DNA from: Longimicrobiales bacterium
GTDB lineage: Bacteria; Gemmatimonadota; Gemmatimonadetes; Longimicrobiales; Gaopeijiaceae
Direction: 5' to 3'
Length of the DNA stretch: 64,000 nucleotides
Assembly: GCA_965249725.1 (NCBI GenBank)
Contig: CBDFMQ010000001.1
Coordinates: 256,001-320,000 of the forward strand
The notes below the pieces were generated by a model that was not told the origin of the DNA, searched no databases, and worked only from the letters and a program-made list of their open reading frames with translations. Position numbers and translations under genes: made by a program. Below are positions 1-10,580 of this stretch, piece by piece (the stretch's first letter is position 1; every line of letters begins with the position of its first letter).

Positions 1-426
1 CAAGGTATTGGTCCATCCGACCCGTGTCAGCAGCAGATGGACCAGGTCACGGTCGAAGCCCGTGGTCAGAGCGACGGCGATTCCGCGGTCCTTGAGCCAC
101 GCGAACGTCTCTTCGGCCCCGGCCACGGGCCGCACCTCGGCTCTGCCGTAGGCGTCCTGAAGGCGTCTCTTGAAGGCCGAGAAAACCGCGTCTGCGGTGC
201 GGGTGAGTTCGTCGTGTTTCGGGTCCGGCGTCAGGGTCGACAACAACTCCCCAATGGCCTCTCGCTTGGAGACCCCCCTAACGGCGCGGACCTGGGCGTC
301 GCTGACGCCCAGGTCCACGGTGGAGAACGCGTATCGAAATGCCGCCGGAACCTCGTCGGCAACGCTCAGCGTCGTGCCGGCGACGTCGAACGCTACCAGC
401 TCGAAGCCGTACGACTCGTCCGGCAC
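1..426 (-). CDS. HAD-superfamily phosphonatase-like hydrolase (partial, runs off window start)
   Basis: Not in ORF track. My translation from GTG at 426 gives VPDESYGFELVAFDVAGTTL...VALTTGFDR, with HAD motif I FDVAGTT and the TTGF motif. GGAG lies upstream. Confidence 0.8.
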   Translation of the reverse strand, partial: MPDESYGFELVAFDVAGTTLSVADEVPAAFRYAFSTVDLGVSDAQVRAVRGVSKREAIGELLSTLTPDPKHDELTRTADAVFSAFKRRLQDAYGRAEVRPVAGAEETFAWLKDRGIAVALTTGFDRDLVHLLLTRVGWTNTL

Positions 427-433
427 CCTCCGA

Positions 434-2140
434 TCAGTTCGTCCCGCCGGTGTACATGACTTCCCCGCCCACGATCGTATACGCGATCTCGGTAGAAGGA
501 ATCTCGTTCTCCGGAATCGTCATGATGTCCTTGGTGAGTACGGTGACGTCCGCGAGCTTGCCCACCTCGAGAGAGCCCTTGATGTCCTCTTCGTAACCCG
601 AGTAGGCCACGTTGATGGTGTACGACTTGAGGGCCTCCATGCGGCTCATGCGCTGGTCGGGGTAGAAGACGTCCCCGTTGTTCATCCTACGTGAAACCGT
701 AGCGTAGAAGCTCGCCAGGGGATCGACGTCCTCGACGGGCGCGTCGGTTCCGTTGGTCACCATGCCACCTGCCTTCATGATGTCCTGCCACACATAGGCT
801 CCCCACTCGGCTCGCTCCTCACCGAGACGCGGCTCTACCCAGGGTCCGTCGGACGTGGCGTGAACGCCCTGCATCGACGCGATCACCTTCAAGTTTCCGA
901 AGCGCGAAATGTCCTCCGGATGCAGGTGCTGCGCGTGTTCGATGCGCCAGCGCAGATCCTCCTGGTCGGGGTGCTCCTCGAATGTCTCCTCGTAGATGTC
1001 GAACACCACGCGGTTGCCCCGGTCGCCGATGGCGTGGACACCCAGTTGGAACCCGTGTTGGATCGCCAACTCCGCGGTCTCGTAGATGCCCTCGATGTCA
1101 CGAGGGAGCCCGCTGCTCTCGGGAAGGTCGTTGTACGGCTCCAGGAGCCACGCTCCGTGTGATCCCAATGCTCCATCGATGCTGCTCTTGATCGCGCGCA
1201 CCGTGAGCCGATCGTCGCCGGCGCCGATGATCTTGTAGTCGGGCAGCTTCTCCGCCAAGTCGGCGTTGGACGCCCTGATCATGACCCAGAGCCGGATCTT
1301 GAGACTTCCGTCCTCGGCCATCTCACGGAAGACATCGATCGTGTTGAACCCGGAGCCCGCGTCTTGGAACGAGGTGAGCCCCTTGGACATCGCCTCCTCC
1401 TGCGCCAGCTCTACCACTCGCCTGGGATCAGGTGCGACCGCCCCCTCCCGGGCCGGGCCCAACAGGCCACCGGCGCTCTCCTTGAGGTAGCCCGTGGCAT
1501 TGCCCGATGCGTCCCTCACGATCTCGCCTCCGGACGGGCTGCGTGTTTCGGCACCGAGGCCCGCCATCTCCATGGCCTTGGCGTTGGCGAACGTCGCGTG
1601 GCCGCTGGCGTGTCTGAGGATCACCGGGTTGTCGGGCGACACGGCGCTGAGGCTGTGGTGGGTCGGCACGCCCTCGACGCTTCCTTCGACCACCTCGTCC
1701 CACTTTTCCTGGTGCCATCCACGCCCGCGGATGAGTTCTCCGGGCTCTGCCTGAGCCACGGCTTCCTCGACCATGGCTACTATCTCGCCCCAGTTGGGCA
1801 CTTCCATGAGCTTGAGCTGCAGGTTGGCATCACCGACGCCTATGAAGTGCGCGTGGCCCTCGATGAGTCCCGGGATGGCTGTCATGCCGTCCAAGTCGAT
1901 CACCTCGGTGTTCGAGCCGATGTACTGCTCGACGTCGGCGTCGCTTCCCAGGGCCACGATTCGACCGTCTTTGGCGGCGAGCGCCTGAGCGGCTGGATTC
2001 GCATCGTCGACGGTCACGATATTGCCGTTTCTCAGCACGAGGTCGGCTTCGTCGCCGGACTCACAACCGGTCAAAACGGCTAAAGCGGCTACCACAATGC
2101 CGCACTTCATTAGTCTTGGTGCCTTGGAATTCGAGAACAT
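434..2140 (-). CDS. Amidohydrolase family 3 (YtcJ-like) lipoprotein
   Basis: PGLIEGHAH, HAIGDR, IEHAQ, GTDAP and GSLEVGKLAD motifs; lipobox LTGC. Confidence 0.9.
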   Translation of the reverse strand: MFSNSKAPRLMKCGIVVAALAVLTGCESGDEADLVLRNGNIVTVDDANPAAQALAAKDGRIVALGSDADVEQYIGSNTEVIDLDGMTAIPGLIEGHAHFIGVGDANLQLKLMEVPNWGEIVAMVEEAVAQAEPGELIRGRGWHQEKWDEVVEGSVEGVPTHHSLSAVSPDNPVILRHASGHATFANAKAMEMAGLGAETRSPSGGEIVRDASGNATGYLKESAGGLLGPAREGAVAPDPRRVVELAQEEAMSKGLTSFQDAGSGFNTIDVFREMAEDGSLKIRLWVMIRASNADLAEKLPDYKIIGAGDDRLTVRAIKSSIDGALGSHGAWLLEPYNDLPESSGLPRDIEGIYETAELAIQHGFQLGVHAIGDRGNRVVFDIYEETFEEHPDQEDLRWRIEHAQHLHPEDISRFGNLKVIASMQGVHATSDGPWVEPRLGEERAEWGAYVWQDIMKAGGMVTNGTDAPVEDVDPLASFYATVSRRMNNGDVFYPDQRMSRMEALKSYTINVAYSGYEEDIKGSLEVGKLADVTVLTKDIMTIPENEIPSTEIAYTIVGGEVMYTGGTN

Positions 2141-2326
2141 GGAGCCCTCCGGAGTTCATACCTGCCATGGGAGACTTTTTAGCGTAGGGGATAGGAACGT
2201 GTGGGGCAATGAGTCGAGGCCGGCTGGAGCCCAGCGTGCCGAGGGGGGATTATCGGCGTGACTTGCATCATGTCGTGGCGATGGGTTCAACTGTGCTGCA
2301 GACCCTCCGCCGAAACGCGCCACAGC

Positions 2327-3505
2327 ATGTCAGAATCCTTCTACAGTGCGATCGAACCGGTCGACGATTTCGAGGCGCTCGTCCGTGTCGAGAGCTACAC
2401 GCGACTCCCGGACGATTGGTCCTTGGTCGTTGCCGATGTGGTCGATTCCACGGGGGCCATCGAGGCGGGGGAGTACAAGGCGGTGAACACCGTCGGGGTG
2501 TCGGTCATCGCCGCTACGGTGAACGCGCTCGTTCCGGTAGAGATCCCCTACATCTTCGGCGGTGACGGAGCGCTGCTGTGCATTCCGGGTCGCGCCGCTC
2601 ACGAGGTCACTCTTGCCATGTCCGCTACCACCGCAATGGCCAGGGAGAGCTTCGGGTTGGAGTTACGGGCCGCCATCGTGCCGGTGTCCCACCTCCGGGA
2701 GTCGGGCCATGACATACTGGTGGCCCGCCACCGCGTTTCTCCCCACTACGTCCAGTGTGCCCTGCATGGAGGAGGAGCCGAAGTCGCGGAGCGAAGCCTG
2801 AAGGCCGGTGAGCTGCCCCCCGAAATCCTGATCGCGGCCGATTCCGCTGCGGACGCGGACTACAGTGGCCTCGAATGCCGCTGGGGGGAGATCCCCAGTC
2901 CGCGCGGCGAGACGGTGGCCGTCATCATCGACGCCGTGGCGGAATCCGGAGGAACGCTTGAGGCGTACGGCCCCATCATGGATCGGATCCGGGCGATCTA
3001 CGGGGATGCGGACCGTTGCCGCCCCGTGACCGAAGGTGGTCTTCGTGTCACGCTCTCCAGGCGGATCTTGGGAAACGAACTACGGCTGCAGGGTTGGCGG
3101 AACGGCCTCGTAGAGCGGTGGAGCCGCGGGCTGGTCCTGCGCTTCCGGGTGATTCTCGGCTGGTTCCTACTCCGCTTCGGGGTGCGGAGCGGCGAGGTCG
3201 ACTGGGGCAGCTACAAGGCGGATCTCGTCTCCAACACCGACTTCCGAAAGTTCGACGGATCTCTGCGGCTGGTTTTGGCAGGGAGCTCCGATCAACGCGA
3301 GGAGCTGGAGGAATACCTGGAGGGACTCCGTCGACGAGGCCAGGTGCAATTCGGCATCCACGTCGCGCGCTCGGCGTTGATGACCTGCCTGATCGAGCAC
3401 CGCCAGAACGCTCACTTCCACTTTGTGGACGCATCCGGGGGAGGATACGCCGCCGCGGCTAGGGCGCTGAAGGAGAGCGTGGCGGGAGAAGGGCCGGATC
3501 AGTGA
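2327..3505 (+). CDS. DUF3095 family protein
   Basis: PDDW..VVADVVDSTGAIEAGEYKAVN, FGGDGA, GLECRW, DFRKFDG and HFHFVD..GGY motifs. Confidence 0.85.
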   Translation: MSESFYSAIEPVDDFEALVRVESYTRLPDDWSLVVADVVDSTGAIEAGEYKAVNTVGVSVIAATVNALVPVEIPYIFGGDGALLCIPGRAAHEVTLAMSATTAMARESFGLELRAAIVPVSHLRESGHDILVARHRVSPHYVQCALHGGGAEVAERSLKAGELPPEILIAADSAADADYSGLECRWGEIPSPRGETVAVIIDAVAESGGTLEAYGPIMDRIRAIYGDADRCRPVTEGGLRVTLSRRILGNELRLQGWRNGLVERWSRGLVLRFRVILGWFLLRFGVRSGEVDWGSYKADLVSNTDFRKFDGSLRLVLAGSSDQREELEEYLEGLRRRGQVQFGIHVARSALMTCLIEHRQNAHFHFVDASGGGYAAAARALKESVAGEGPDQ

Positions 3506-3665
3506 GGCCGGGCCGCGACGAACAGGGAGCGCTCCAGTACACCGGTCAGTATGCCTTCACGAAGCTTCTCCAGCGTTCGTATCGAGGTGGGGCAGTAGCC
3601 TTCGCCCTGCTCGCTCGACGCCGGAGGACTGTCACAAGAGGCCCGTCCAGATCGTTCTATCAGTG

Positions 3666-4082
3666 ATGCTTATCATACCGAAGGACCTTCGAATCCGTCT
3701 CGCCGTAGGGTGCGCCTCACTCCTGATGGCCGCCTGCTCCGATCCGTTCCAAGTGTCGGACTCTCTGGGTGAGTGGGGAGGAGAGGGCGTGGCCGCGGTG
3801 ATCGAGACCGGCTCTGCCAGCTTCGAATTCGATTGTGCCCACGCGTCCGTTCCCGGGGGCATCACCTTCGATGAGAGCGGATCGTTCGAGGTCACCGGCA
3901 TCTGGGTGCCCGAGGGCGGGCCGGTACCCGAAGAGCCTCGAGAGGAGCTCGAGGCGGTCTTCCGAGGGCGAATCGGCGGGACGTCGATGAACCTCGAGGT
4001 GGATATCATCCCAAGGGACGTGACGGCGGGTCCCTACGAGTTGCGACGCGGTCGGACGCCGCTACTGCGAAAGTGCCTCTAG
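3666..4082 (+). CDS. Hypothetical lipoprotein
   Basis: Lipobox MAAC; WGG...FDCAH and C-terminal RKCL pattern. Confidence 0.7.
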   Translation: MLIIPKDLRIRLAVGCASLLMAACSDPFQVSDSLGEWGGEGVAAVIETGSASFEFDCAHASVPGGITFDESGSFEVTGIWVPEGGPVPEEPREELEAVFRGRIGGTSMNLEVDIIPRDVTAGPYELRRGRTPLLRKCL

Positions 4083-4160
4083 CGACAGCGCGCCGCTGAG
4101 AGCTACTGCGGGACGACTCCTTCCGCAATCGGAACGTCCGGCGGTGGCCTGGATCAGGCC

Positions 4161-5201
4161 CTACGGCTCGTCCCGGGGAATCGGGAGACCGACAAGGGCG
4201 ATCTTCGTTCCGTCGGGGCTGACCGCGATTCGGCTGAGGGTCAGATTCATGTGCCCGAGGTCCGCCATGACCCGCCAGCCTGGGTCCACCACCGCGTCCA
4301 CTTCTGTGTCCGCCTGCGGATCCGCCTCCGGATCCAGCTCCTCGTCCAATTCCGGAGCCCACTGGAGGATCTGACCTCCCGCGGCCATGAGCAGCACGCC
4401 CTCCGGGGTCCAGGCGTGGAAGTCACCGCCGTCACGGGTCTGGATCAGACGCTCGATTTCGTGGGTCCCGATGTTGAGCTGGCTGATCCACGACTCGGTA
4501 GGGGAGATCCGTTCGACGAAGCTCCACGCGTTCCGGGTGGGGATCTTGTGTAGGGACCGGCCGATGCTGTCGGCGACCACTTCGGATACCCCGGTCGTGG
4601 CGTCGGCCACCTGGAGCGTGGGCGGATCCCCGAGTACGAACAGCAGCACGCTTTGTTCGTTGCCCCAGGCATGGTACCCCACTGGGGCGACGTCACGGAG
4701 GACCACCTCCGCGTCCATGCCCTCCATGGTGAAGCGCCACAGACGCTGCGTCGAATCCGCCTCGACCTGGATCGCAGAGAAGGCCCGATCTCCGGGAATC
4801 GGAGTCGGAGAGTACTCACTCTCCTTGGTCCTCGTGATCCGGGTGGTCCGGCCGGAGGACAGATAGTAGCGATGGATCTCGGTCTGGCCGTCTTCCTGGG
4901 CTGCGGTGAAGAGGATCGAGCGGCTGTCAGGCGAGAACTGGGGCTGATTGTCGTAGGCCTCGGGCCGATTGGTGACGTTCTTCAGGTCTCCGAGAAAGTG
5001 GAGTCCGTCGAAAACGGAGAGATCCGCCACATAGATATCGGCCTGGGGAGGTAGGTCCTGGCCGGAGACCGCTTCGGGGAGCATCGGCGTCAGGAGGATG
5101 CCCGTCAGCAGGGTTGCCGACGTGCATATCCGGCCGGCTCTGGATGGTAGTGCTCCACGGCGGCCGGGTGCGGGTAGCGGGGTAATGGCTGTCTCGATCA
5201 T
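4161..5201 (-). CDS. TolB/PD40-like beta-propeller protein
   Basis: YDNQPQFSPD, ESEYSPT, PVGYHAW and SRIAVSPDG repeats; signal-like segment; start uncertain. Confidence 0.8.
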   Translation of the reverse strand: MIETAITPLPAPGRRGALPSRAGRICTSATLLTGILLTPMLPEAVSGQDLPPQADIYVADLSVFDGLHFLGDLKNVTNRPEAYDNQPQFSPDSRSILFTAAQEDGQTEIHRYYLSSGRTTRITRTKESEYSPTPIPGDRAFSAIQVEADSTQRLWRFTMEGMDAEVVLRDVAPVGYHAWGNEQSVLLFVLGDPPTLQVADATTGVSEVVADSIGRSLHKIPTRNAWSFVERISPTESWISQLNIGTHEIERLIQTRDGGDFHAWTPEGVLLMAAGGQILQWAPELDEELDPEADPQADTEVDAVVDPGWRVMADLGHMNLTLSRIAVSPDGTKIALVGLPIPRDEP

Positions 5202-5432
5202 GGCACACGGGTCAGGGACGTCCGATGCGATGGTTCTCCATAAGGGCCGGGCCGTCGGGGGGCAAGGCCGCCCTGTCACAAGAGGCTGCCGTCATTCGTT
5301 TATTTGGGTACGTCGGAAGGGGGCTGGAAGTGCCCGAGAGCCCGACGTGGGCATCTCGAACCCTTACCCGTGGTCCGTGTACTTGAGCATCAACCGTATA
5401 GACGAGCCGGGGCTTCCCGGCGGGGAGTGGTG

Positions 5433-5900
5433 ATGGGCCGCAAGTGGAATCGTGTCGATAGGAGAGGCGTCGGGGGCAGGGGCTCGCTTCTGCCGGTCCT
5501 TGTGCTCATGCTCGCGCAGGCTGCGTGTAGCTCGGATCCTACCGTGCCGGAGACGGAGGCACTGCCCCGGGCGCTGTTCGGAAGCTGGGCGTGGGTCAGG
5601 GCTACGGGAGGGATCGCCGGTGTCACTCAGACCCCCGAAACCGAGGGGTACAGTCGGACCATCACATTCACCGCGCCGGGCCAGGTGGTGCTGTTCCGGG
5701 ACGGTCAGCCAGAAGTGACGACCACGTTCGAGTTCGTCCCGAAGCTGGACAACGGCTCGGTGGTTCGCTCCGCGCAACTCGTCTATGCGGCCCCGCTCAC
5801 CGGATGGGACGAACAATGGGTGGAAATCACCGGGGCGGGGGAGTTGGTGCTCTCCGATCCGTGTTGTGACGGGTTTACCTACGAGTGGCGCCGGGAATAG
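5433..5900 (+). CDS. Hypothetical lipoprotein
   Basis: Lipobox QAAC; GSWAWVRATGGIAG and DPCCDG motifs. Confidence 0.7.
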   Translation: MGRKWNRVDRRGVGGRGSLLPVLVLMLAQAACSSDPTVPETEALPRALFGSWAWVRATGGIAGVTQTPETEGYSRTITFTAPGQVVLFRDGQPEVTTTFEFVPKLDNGSVVRSAQLVYAAPLTGWDEQWVEITGAGELVLSDPCCDGFTYEWRRE

Positions 5901-5924
5901 TGCCCGTCAACGGATCGACGGCGC

Positions 5925-6707
5925 TCAAGTCCGTGCCGGGTACTCATCGTGGTAGACGATGGCGTGCACCGTTCGGGGTCCGTGGACACCGAGAGTCAGT
6001 GTGAGTTCGATGTCGGCCGACTTGCTCGGACCCGTGACGAATGTCACCTGAGATCCCTCTCGGAGGGTGGCGTCCAACCGGCCGTCTTCTCTGAGAGACG
6101 CGACCCACGATTCTGCGGACGCGTGGATGCGACTGCTCGGGACCAGGACGATGTGGTGCAAGGGCAGGAGGCTGGCGGTCCGGCTTCGACCGGCGTCTGC
6201 GAGCATCACGAGAGTTCCCGTGCTCGCCAGAGCCGCGTCGACCGAGGTGATGCCCACTGCGAGCCCCGCGGCGGCGTCTCGCTGGCTCGGATCGTGGAGA
6301 TCGCCAGGCACCATCAGCGCGATTCCATCGCGAGCCAAGTGACCCTCGAGATCTGGTAGGCCCAATGCGTTCGGCGCCCAGCCGAGGACCGTCGAGAACG
6401 TGAGATCATCGGCACCGCCGGCCTCGCGCAGTCCCTTTACGTGCGCCAGGACCCTTTGCGCCACGTGGTCCTGCCCCACGATCTCGTGGCTTCCCAGGAC
6501 GGCGTCCAGGCTGGCACCGAACCGCTCGGCTAGAGCCTTCCGATTTCCTTCGGCGTACGTGAGTGGCGTGAGTGGCCTCTGTGGGTCTGTCTGTCCGGGA
6601 GCCTTGAACGCGGCCGCGGGGTCGGTGAGGCCTGCGCGCAGTCGGGCCAGGATGGTCGTGCGAGCCGTGTCCTGCGCGTGACCCGTCGCCTGCGAGGAGT
6701 CGCTCAT
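5925..6707 (-). CDS. lutC: Lactate utilisation protein C (LUD domain)
   Basis: TGTL, R.ASLLP.HH and TGPSKSADIELTLTLGVHGP; ATGA overlap with the lutB stop. Confidence 0.85.
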   Translation of the reverse strand: MSDSSQATGHAQDTARTTILARLRAGLTDPAAAFKAPGQTDPQRPLTPLTYAEGNRKALAERFGASLDAVLGSHEIVGQDHVAQRVLAHVKGLREAGGADDLTFSTVLGWAPNALGLPDLEGHLARDGIALMVPGDLHDPSQRDAAAGLAVGITSVDAALASTGTLVMLADAGRSRTASLLPLHHIVLVPSSRIHASAESWVASLREDGRLDATLREGSQVTFVTGPSKSADIELTLTLGVHGPRTVHAIVYHDEYPART

Positions 6708-8173
6708 GGCTTCGGCATCCCTGCACCGCGTTCCGACCGACCACCGGGCTCCGCGAGACGGTTCTTCCATAGCTCCCTGAAGGTCTTCTTCGGTGGCACG
6801 GGAAAGTCCCTTGTTCTCGTCCAGGCACCGAAGGGTGGCGGCAGCGCGGACACATGTCCCACTCGTCCCCCGAGCAGGCGCCCGAACAAGCGGGCGATCT
6901 TGGTGGCGAGGCCGTACCGGCGAGGACCGTGCAGGGGCAGCGTCAACGCCTTGACCGAGGCTCGAGCCGCCAAGCTCGACTCGCCCCGCTCGGCCAGTTC
7001 GCCTCGGAGCTCGAGGAGCAGCCGGGGCAGATCGATCTTCACGGGGCAGGCGTCCTTGCAGGCCCCGCACAGCGAGCTGGCAAAGGGCAGATCCACGCCT
7101 GCCGTCGGGTCCTCCCCCCGGGCTTCGGACAATAGCGGGGTGAGGATCGACCCGATGGGTCCGGAGTAGGCGGTTCGGCCGTAGGCGTGGCCGCCGATCT
7201 CGCGGTAGACGGGGCATACGTCGAGACACGCGCCACAGCGGATACAGAGGAGGGCGTCGGCGTAGCGGCGCTCGAGCACACCAGAGCGGCCGTTGTCGAC
7301 CAAGACGACGTGCATCTCGTTGGGCCCGTCCGCCTGCCCGGGCGCTCGGGGTCCGCTGGTGAGCGAGAAGTAGACCGAGACCTCCTGTCCCGTGGCGTTT
7401 CGCGTAGCGGCCTGCCAGAGCAGCACCGCGTCCTCGACCCTCTCCACGACCTTCTCGATTCCGACCACGACGACGTAGACCGGGGGAAGGCTGGTGACCA
7501 TCCGCCCGTTGCCCTCATTGGTGATCAGGCAGATGGTACCGCTCTCGGCCACGGCGAAGTTGCAGCCGCTTATGCCCATCTGGGCTCCGAGGAAGCGCCG
7601 CCGCAGTTCCTGCCGCGCGACGCCGCACATGACCGCGGCGTCCAGAGTCGGCTCCATGCCCAGCTCCCGCTCGAAGACCCTTGATACGTCCTCGGCGCGC
7701 TTATGGATGACGGGTGCCACGAGATGGCTCGGCGGCTCGTCATCGAGCTGGATGATGTACTCACCGAGGTCCGTTTCGACCACTTCGATCCCGGCATCCT
7801 CCAGGACACGGTTGAGCCCGATCTCCTCGGTGATCATCGACTTGGACTTGACCGCCCGCTCCACTCCCGAGCGTCGTGCGATCTCCACCACGGTGTCGCC
7901 CGCTCCTTGCGCGTCGCGAGCCCAGTGCACGGTGCAGCCGTTGCGCGTGAGGTTGTTCTCCAGTTCCTCGAGTAGGTCCGGGAGATGGCGGATGGCCCGT
8001 TCGCGGACGGATCGAGCCTCGTCCCTCATCAGCTCTGCATCGACCGCTGCGAGCGCCGTCAGGCGCCGCGCCGCGAGCCGTGCGGTGGCGTGGTCCAGGG
8101 CCGTCTTGAGGTTTGCGTCCCCGAGGGCCTGCTTCACCCGAGTCCGGTAGGGTGCGTCGATATCGATCTTCAT
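6704..8173 (-). CDS. lutB: Lactate utilisation Fe-S protein B
   Basis: KSKSM, ETDLGEYIIQL, CIRCGAC..CP and SLCGAC..ACPVKI; ATGA overlap with lutA. Confidence 0.92.
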   Translation of the reverse strand: MKIDIDAPYRTRVKQALGDANLKTALDHATARLAARRLTALAAVDAELMRDEARSVRERAIRHLPDLLEELENNLTRNGCTVHWARDAQGAGDTVVEIARRSGVERAVKSKSMITEEIGLNRVLEDAGIEVVETDLGEYIIQLDDEPPSHLVAPVIHKRAEDVSRVFERELGMEPTLDAAVMCGVARQELRRRFLGAQMGISGCNFAVAESGTICLITNEGNGRMVTSLPPVYVVVVGIEKVVERVEDAVLLWQAATRNATGQEVSVYFSLTSGPRAPGQADGPNEMHVVLVDNGRSGVLERRYADALLCIRCGACLDVCPVYREIGGHAYGRTAYSGPIGSILTPLLSEARGEDPTAGVDLPFASSLCGACKDACPVKIDLPRLLLELRGELAERGESSLAARASVKALTLPLHGPRRYGLATKIARLFGRLLGGRVGHVSALPPPFGAWTRTRDFPVPPKKTFRELWKNRLAEPGGRSERGAGMPKP

Positions 8174-8988
8174 GAGCCACGCTCCTCGTCTCCGGCGAGC
8201 AGTTCGGCGATGTGCACCGCGCGACATCGATGTCCCCCGCGCACGAGCACGCCATTGATGTGGGTCATACAGCCCACGTCGCCGACGGCAACGATGTCGG
8301 CTCCTGAGGCGTCCAGGTGGTGGGCCTTGCGTCGACCCATCGCCGTGCTGATCTCGGAGTTCCATACCGCGAACGCACCGCCGAAGCCACAGCACTCTTG
8401 GGCCTCCGAGAGCTCGACGAGCTCGGCCCCCTCCAGCCCCTCGAGGAGCATCCGGGGCTGACGGTCTACGCCGAGGTCCCTCAGCAGGTGACAGCAGGCA
8501 TGATACGTGACCGGACCCTCGGCGCGCGCTCCCGTGCTCTCGACACCCAGCACGTCGACGAGATAGGCGGTGAGCTCGTGCGTGTCGTCGGCGACGATTC
8601 GGGCGCGCTCACCGATCTCCTCACCGGTCTTTTCGCGCATCTTCTCGGTTGCCCCTTCTTCCATGAGAATGCGGAACGAGTGCTTCACGGTGGCAACGCA
8701 GCTCCCCGAGGGAGCCACGACCGCGTCCACCTCGCCACTCTCCAGCAAGGGGCCGAACACGTCGAGGAAGTTCGAGGCCAGCTTCCGCGCCTCCTTCCGA
8801 TGGCCGGCGTTGAAGGCCGGTTGTCCGCAACAGGTCTGCCCCTCGGGGAAGATCACATCGGAGCCGTGGCGCTCGAGAAGCTCGACGGCTGCCATGCCGA
8901 CGCGGGGATACAGCGCGTCCACCATGCAGGTGACGAACAGCGCGACCTTGGGCCGGGGGCGGACGGAAGGAGAGTCGGGATGCTCCAT
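8170..8988 (-). CDS. lutA: Lactate utilisation protein A (CCG-domain Fe-S oxidoreductase)
   Basis: FVTC, QTCCGQP, SGSC, YHACCH and CCGFGG. Confidence 0.92.
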   Translation of the reverse strand: MEHPDSPSVRPRPKVALFVTCMVDALYPRVGMAAVELLERHGSDVIFPEGQTCCGQPAFNAGHRKEARKLASNFLDVFGPLLESGEVDAVVAPSGSCVATVKHSFRILMEEGATEKMREKTGEEIGERARIVADDTHELTAYLVDVLGVESTGARAEGPVTYHACCHLLRDLGVDRQPRMLLEGLEGAELVELSEAQECCGFGGAFAVWNSEISTAMGRRKAHHLDASGADIVAVGDVGCMTHINGVLVRGGHRCRAVHIAELLAGDEERGS

Positions 8989-9261
8989 GGGACACAAGAT
9001 GTCCGTCCATCACTTGGTGCGCGAGGTGACGGCGATGTCGGACTCCGACACCCGGGTGTGGCGGTCTCCCTCGAACCGCAACATATTGGCGCGACCGCAC
9101 CACGCGCGCCGCGCCGCCGGGCTCGGCCAGTGCCAGCCCGCTGCTTCCTGCGCCTCCTCCCCACGCAGGTCGGCCCGGCACAGATTGAGGGAGTGGAGTG
9201 GGTCGGAGCCCGGTAGAAATGAGAATATCCAACGCGCAGAGGGGTATTACACGCACCCGTA

Positions 9262-9353
9262 CGCAAACCCCGCGCTAAACTCACATATCACGCCAGCCGC
9301 AGATCCGCGGCGCGCTGGGGGATATGTGTACGGCGGAGATTCGAACGTTATAC
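9262..9353 (+). repeat. Putative degenerate attC-like hairpin
   Basis: CACATATC (9282-9289) and GATATGTG (9321-9328) arms, ending in GTTATAC just upstream of a cassette-like ORF; R'' poorly conserved. Confidence 0.35.
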
Positions 9354-9425
9354 GGCATTCCGGAACCGACGAGGTTAGGGAGACGGCGGTTGGCCGTGAA
9401 GGTTAGACGAAAGGCAGATGAACTC

Positions 9426-10205
9426 ATGTCGGAAGCGCCGCTCACCGGGGGAGGCCGCACAAGGGTGACTCGTAGCGGCGAGACGGTGTTTCGTGAGTCG
9501 GGGCCGGGGGCTCGCACGGTGCAGGCGCTGCTGCGGCACCTTGAGACAGTTGGGTTCACGGGTGCACCTCGTGTGATCGGGTCGGGCTTCGATGATCGGG
9601 GGCGAGAAACGCTGCAGTTCATCGAGGGCGAGGTTGTGCATCCCCGTGCGTGGAGTGAAGAGGCGCTGCCGAACGTTGGGGGGCTCTTACGCGATCTGCA
9701 TCGCGCGAGCGAGACATTCCCGGTTCCAAGTGACGCTGTATGGCGTCCGTGGCACGGTCGAGGCCTTGGCGGTGATGCCATGGGCATAGGGCATTGCGAT
9801 GCTGGCCCGTGGAATATCGTCGCGAGAGATGGTTCTCCGGTCGCGCTGATCGATTGGGAGGTTGCTGGGCCTGTCGATACGCTGTTCGATCTGGCTCAGG
9901 CATGCTGGCTGAATGCTCAGTTGCACGACGATGATGTGGCAGAGGTGCAGGGGCTGCCACCGCTCGAGGCCCGCGCACGGCACCTCCGGCTGATCCTCGA
10001 CGGGTACGAACTCCCGAGAGCGCAACGGGTTGGCTTCGTGGACCGGATGATTGAGTTCGCGGTTCGAGACGCGGCGGACGAAGCCATACAAGCCGGTGTC
10101 ACCGAAGAAACGCGAGACGCCTCGGCGCTGTGGGGGGTGACCTGGCGCGTCAGGAGTGCTGCGTGGATGCTGAGGCATCGAGCCGCGCTGGAAGCCGCCC
10201 TGTGA
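9426..10205 (+). CDS. Aminoglycoside-phosphotransferase-like kinase (trifolitoxin-immunity-like family)
   Basis: LLRHLE..GF.GAPR, HCDAGPWN (catalytic loop) and LIDWE. Confidence 0.75.
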   Translation: MSEAPLTGGGRTRVTRSGETVFRESGPGARTVQALLRHLETVGFTGAPRVIGSGFDDRGRETLQFIEGEVVHPRAWSEEALPNVGGLLRDLHRASETFPVPSDAVWRPWHGRGLGGDAMGIGHCDAGPWNIVARDGSPVALIDWEVAGPVDTLFDLAQACWLNAQLHDDDVAEVQGLPPLEARARHLRLILDGYELPRAQRVGFVDRMIEFAVRDAADEAIQAGVTEETRDASALWGVTWRVRSAAWMLRHRAALEAAL

Positions 10206-10308
10206 CGGATGGTGGGTTCTCGTCGCAAGGAGGATGGAGTCCGAGGCGGCCGGCGCGAACGCCGCCTAACACTGGGCCTCCGGCTCGGGCCGCTGTAGGC
10301 GGCCCTCG

Positions 10309-10560
10309 CACGCGGATGCGAAGGTGCCGCTGGACGCTTGGTATCGGATCCTGAAGGGACGAGAGTATCGATCTCCGCATGAACTGAGAGTGGACTTCCC
10401 GACGGCGAGCTTCCTGGGAGGGCGCCGGACGGTCTTCAACATTGGCGGCAACAAGTATCGGCTTGTGGTCGACATGCGGTACGATCTCGGACGGGTTTAC
10501 GTGCGAGATGTGCTGACCCATGAGGAATACGACCGAAAGTCGATTGACGGCGCGCTGTGA
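10309..10560 (+). pseudogene. higB: HigB toxin, N-terminally truncated
   Basis: HADAKVPLDAWY...VFNIGGNKYRLVV...THEEYD. The usual MRVIS..L.EFW N-terminus and an RBS are absent. Confidence 0.7.
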
Positions 10561-10580
10561 CCGCGCGAGGAGGAATGATC

